The position numbers and the translations under genes were made by a program. 64,000 nucleotides of DNA from Patescibacteria group bacterium (lineage in GTDB: Bacteria > Patescibacteriota > Saccharimonadia > CAILAD01 > BJGX01). Under the pieces are notes generated by a model, which was not told the origin of the DNA, searched no databases, and worked only from the letters and a program-made list of their open reading frames with translations. Positions 61,532 to 64,000 of this stretch are shown here, piece by piece (the stretch's first letter is position 1; every line of letters starts with the position of its first letter). Location: contig JAPLVO010000009.1 in assembly GCA_026397045.1 (NCBI GenBank), positions 1,548-65,547 of the forward strand, in the 5' to 3' direction.

Positions 61532-62043
61532 TATTTACTATTCGAGGTCTTGCCCCCAGCCTTAGGAGGGGTTCCTTTGCCTACCTCGTTTACAGCAGAT
61601 TTGACTATTCTGCCTGTGGATTTACTGGCTTTCTTGGCGTACTTCCTGGCATCATTAAGAGCCTCAGATCTGTAAACATCTAGCTGGTCGATAAGCGATT
61701 TGCCTTCTTGCATCATCTTGTCGACCTCTCTGGCGGCTACCTTGGTAACTCTTTTGCCCGATTTACTAAACTGCAGACTCTTGGTCGTAAGCTCTGACTT
61801 AAGCGATTCTGCTCTTGCTATCATGGCCAGTTTTCTGTCTTTGGCATCACCTGTTAAATTTTCGGCTTGCTGCTTTGCAATCTTTATTTTTACATCCATG
61901 TCTAGGCTTATTTCTTTGGCCTTATTGGCAATATCATCCCTTAGCTCTTTACCGGCTTTTGGGGCAAATAGTAGAGCCAGGGTACCAGCTACCGCGGCTC
62001 CGATTGCTGCTCCTGTAATAAATCTACCTTTCTTGCTACTCAT
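61531..62043 (-). CDS. YtxH-like (general-stress) protein
   Basis: N-terminal GAAIGAAVAGTLALLFAPKAGKELR motif typical of the YtxH family, followed by a coiled-coil-like region. Confidence 0.55.
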   Translation of the reverse strand: MSSKKGRFITGAAIGAAVAGTLALLFAPKAGKELRDDIANKAKEISLDMDVKIKIAKQQAENLTGDAKDRKLAMIARAESLKSELTTKSLQFSKSGKRVTKVAAREVDKMMQEGKSLIDQLDVYRSEALNDARKYAKKASKSTGRIVKSAVNEVGKGTPPKAGGKTSNSK

Positions 62044-62306
62044 CGCTTCTTGCCTGACTTTTTGCCATAATGGCTCTTAAGATACTTCTCTATCATAAGG
62101 GCTACTACCCCTGGGTTAACCACGGCACTTCTAACATTATCCACTAGCTCGGCGGCCGAATCAGCACTTTCCTGGACTTTCTGAGAGGCAATTCGAACTT
62201 GCTTTGTAGCCTTTATAAGACCTATTAGAAAAACTACGCTAAAAGATATTAATATTATCAGCGAAATAGAAACTAATGTAATTAGTATAACCAGTAAATT
62301 TTCCAT
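62040..62306 (-). CDS. DUF948-like membrane protein
   Basis: N-terminal TM helix followed by a charged helical region; gene neighbourhood with the YtxH-like gene. Confidence 0.4.
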   Translation of the reverse strand: MENLLVILITLVSISLIILISFSVVFLIGLIKATKQVRIASQKVQESADSAAELVDNVRSAVVNPGVVALMIEKYLKSHYGKKSGKKR

Positions 62307-62924
62307 TTATTTACTTCCTTTCTTAGTTATTGAAGTAGCTTTCTTAATTATAGCACTGCCCATTGAAGGCATCTCTGAATTAACATGCCTATATAGTACC
62401 ACCCACTCATTTTTTTCTATTAGGCTATTGGGGATTACATGCAGATGGCCTTCGCTGTCTTCAATCCTCGTCTTTCGGACATCCATTTCGCGGACTATCC
62501 CCTTGGTCTTCTGGTCTCCCGACATAACCTTGTAGCCTACCCTAAAATCCTTATCATTAGCTAGCTGAAGTCCCGAAACTAAATCGCTTACGGTCGCAGA
62601 TATCCCAGACGAAAACCCAAGCAATAATATCGCGAAAGAACCGGTCAGAGCTAATGCTACACTAGTTAAGCCCAGTACCTGCAAAATCGTAATTGCGAGA
62701 AACCCCCACAATGCAACTCTAATCAAGGCTGCCATTATCTCTTGTAGGCCTAGTGGCCAGCTCGTCCATCGCAAGCCGGTGCCTAAGAAACGAGAAATAA
62801 TTTTAATTGCTATAAAGCCAGCTAGCAGGATAAACAGTGCTGCAGGTATCTTAGGCAGGATATCGCCTGAGGATATTGTAGTAGTGCTTAAACCTTTTAC
62901 TATGTCGTTTTGTATATTTTGCAT
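62307..62924 (-). CDS. MscS-family mechanosensitive channel (short form)
   Basis: 3 TM helices plus a beta-domain motif GIVREMDVRKTRIEDSEGHLHVIPNSLIEKN. Confidence 0.6.
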   Translation of the reverse strand: MQNIQNDIVKGLSTTTISSGDILPKIPAALFILLAGFIAIKIISRFLGTGLRWTSWPLGLQEIMAALIRVALWGFLAITILQVLGLTSVALALTGSFAILLLGFSSGISATVSDLVSGLQLANDKDFRVGYKVMSGDQKTKGIVREMDVRKTRIEDSEGHLHVIPNSLIEKNEWVVLYRHVNSEMPSMGSAIIKKATSITKKGSK

Positions 62925-62928
62925 AATT

Positions 62929-64000
62929 TTATTCCTTTAGTAATTTAATCATAAGTTCGTTGACTTTAGAAGGGTTAGCTTGGCCGTTAGTATCTTTCAT
63001 TACCTGGCCGATAAAGAACCCCAGGACTCTTTCATTGCCAGACCGATAGTCTTTTAAGGGGCCGGGATTCTCAGAGATTACCTTGCTAATAACCGCCTCG
63101 AGCTGGCTATCGTCCGAAACTTGCTTGAGGCCCTGGCTAAGTACTAACTCCTTTGGGCTAATTCCTTTCGCCACATCAGGGAATATGTGCTTGGCTATCT
63201 TTGAGCTTATCTCGCCAGATTCAATCAAATTTATCAACTCTACAAGATTAGCACCAGAAAGCCTAAGGCCCTCTGGGCTAGCCGAAAGTTGAGACTGATA
63301 ATCCCCCACTAACCAATTTATAGCTTTTTTTACTAATAACGGATCTGCCAGCAAGTCGTGAGCTTGCTGGAATATTTTTGTGGTATCGGGCTGGGACAAC
63401 AGGATATCCTGCTCATCAGCACTAAGTTTAAGTTCGTAAAGCTCTTTACGGATAACTATTGGCAGAATAGATATATCTGCCTGTGCCGTCTTAATAAATT
63501 GACTAGAAATTGATAGTGGTGGGATATCTGGCTCGGTGAAGTAGCGGTAATCATTCGCATCTTCTTTACTTCTTTGCGAGAATGTTTTGGATTTAGTATC
63601 ATCCCAGCCCCTTGTTTCTTGGATAATATTTTCACCCGAATCTAATACACTTATTTGTCGTTGTATTTCATAGTTAAGAGCTCTTTCGGCATTACGAAAT
63701 GAATTTAGATTTTTAAGTTCTGTTCGAGTCCCTAATTGCTGCGTATCACTTACTGAAACATTAAGATCGAACTTGAAGTTGCCATGCTCCATATCTCCGT
63801 TGCAAATACCAAGCGAAGTGACAATATTGTGCACCTCCATAAGAAATCTCTTAGCCTCTTCGGCGCTTTTTATGTCAGGCTCAGATACGATTTCCACGAG
63901 CGGGGTGCCGGCTCTATTGAAATCTACTAGGCTGTAGTTGGCTCCATTGGGATGAGTGAGCTTTCCAGCATCTTCCTCTAGGTGGGCGTGGTGGATGCCG
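62929..64000 (-). CDS. gatB: Asp/Glu-tRNA amidotransferase subunit B, 5' partial; the gene continues beyond the window end
   Basis: Conserved LVDFNRAGTPLVEIVSEPD segment and the C-terminal GatB/YqeY domain. The frame is open to position 64000. Confidence 0.8.
   Translation of the reverse strand, partial: GIHHAHLEEDAGKLTHPNGANYSLVDFNRAGTPLVEIVSEPDIKSAEEAKRFLMEVHNIVTSLGICNGDMEHGNFKFDLNVSVSDTQQLGTRTELKNLNSFRNAERALNYEIQRQISVLDSGENIIQETRGWDDTKSKTFSQRSKEDANDYRYFTEPDIPPLSISSQFIKTAQADISILPIVIRKELYELKLSADEQDILLSQPDTTKIFQQAHDLLADPLLVKKAINWLVGDYQSQLSASPEGLRLSGANLVELINLIESGEISSKIAKHIFPDVAKGISPKELVLSQGLKQVSDDSQLEAVISKVISENPGPLKDYRSGNERVLGFFIGQVMKDTNGQANPSKVNELMIKLLKE

Overview
This 64-kb window is a dense, almost entirely minus-strand stretch of core information-processing genes from a small, moderately AT-rich bacterial genome. 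A Patescibacteria/CPR (Saccharibacteria-like) origin is inferred from gene content only: L30 is absent between rpsE and rplO, adk and map are absent between secY and infA, and many ribosomal proteins carry terminal extensions. The standard genetic code reads all conserved genes cleanly.

Gene order on the minus strand, from high to low coordinate:
- gatB (partial at the window end), an MscS/DUF948/YtxH stress-protein cluster, dnaE and rplS.
- rnhB, a YraN-family gene, nusA, clpC, radA and a YacL-like PIN/TRAM gene.
- On the plus strand, a class-A PBP.
- tyrS, recG, a Zn-phospholipase-C-like gene, rsmD and tRNA-Leu.
- An aldo/keto reductase, EamA transporter and cupin block, then tig and clpP.
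- rpoB-rpoC-rpsL-rpsG, then fusA, then tuf-rpsJ.
- An ABC-F ATPase plus a DUF4870 membrane protein inserted between rpsJ and rplC.
- About 14 kb running rplC through the S10/spc/alpha genes to rplM-rpsI with a single clear terminator.
- A K+ channel, a RluA-family gene, holB, a TPR protein, tRNA-Thr/Tyr/Thr and a PspC-domain protein.
- Two membrane proteins, a plus-strand orphan histidine kinase and a partial HAD hydrolase.

No CRISPR array, transposase, integrase or phage gene was seen.

The most interesting observations are:
1. The terminator-bracketed ABC-F/DUF4870 cassette that splits the otherwise universal rpsJ-rplC junction.
2. A roughly 1.7-kb cupin/EamA segment, in which each gene carries a duplicated 86-bp upstream region with a TGACC-N10-GGTCA palindrome and the segment is flanked by about 30-bp direct repeats, next to a tRNA-Leu whose 3' end is partly duplicated 160 bp away.
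3. A 465-bp non-coding gap with an 18-bp perfect palindrome in the fusA leader.
4. Several near-consensus sigma70-like promoters and long perfect-palindrome terminators.
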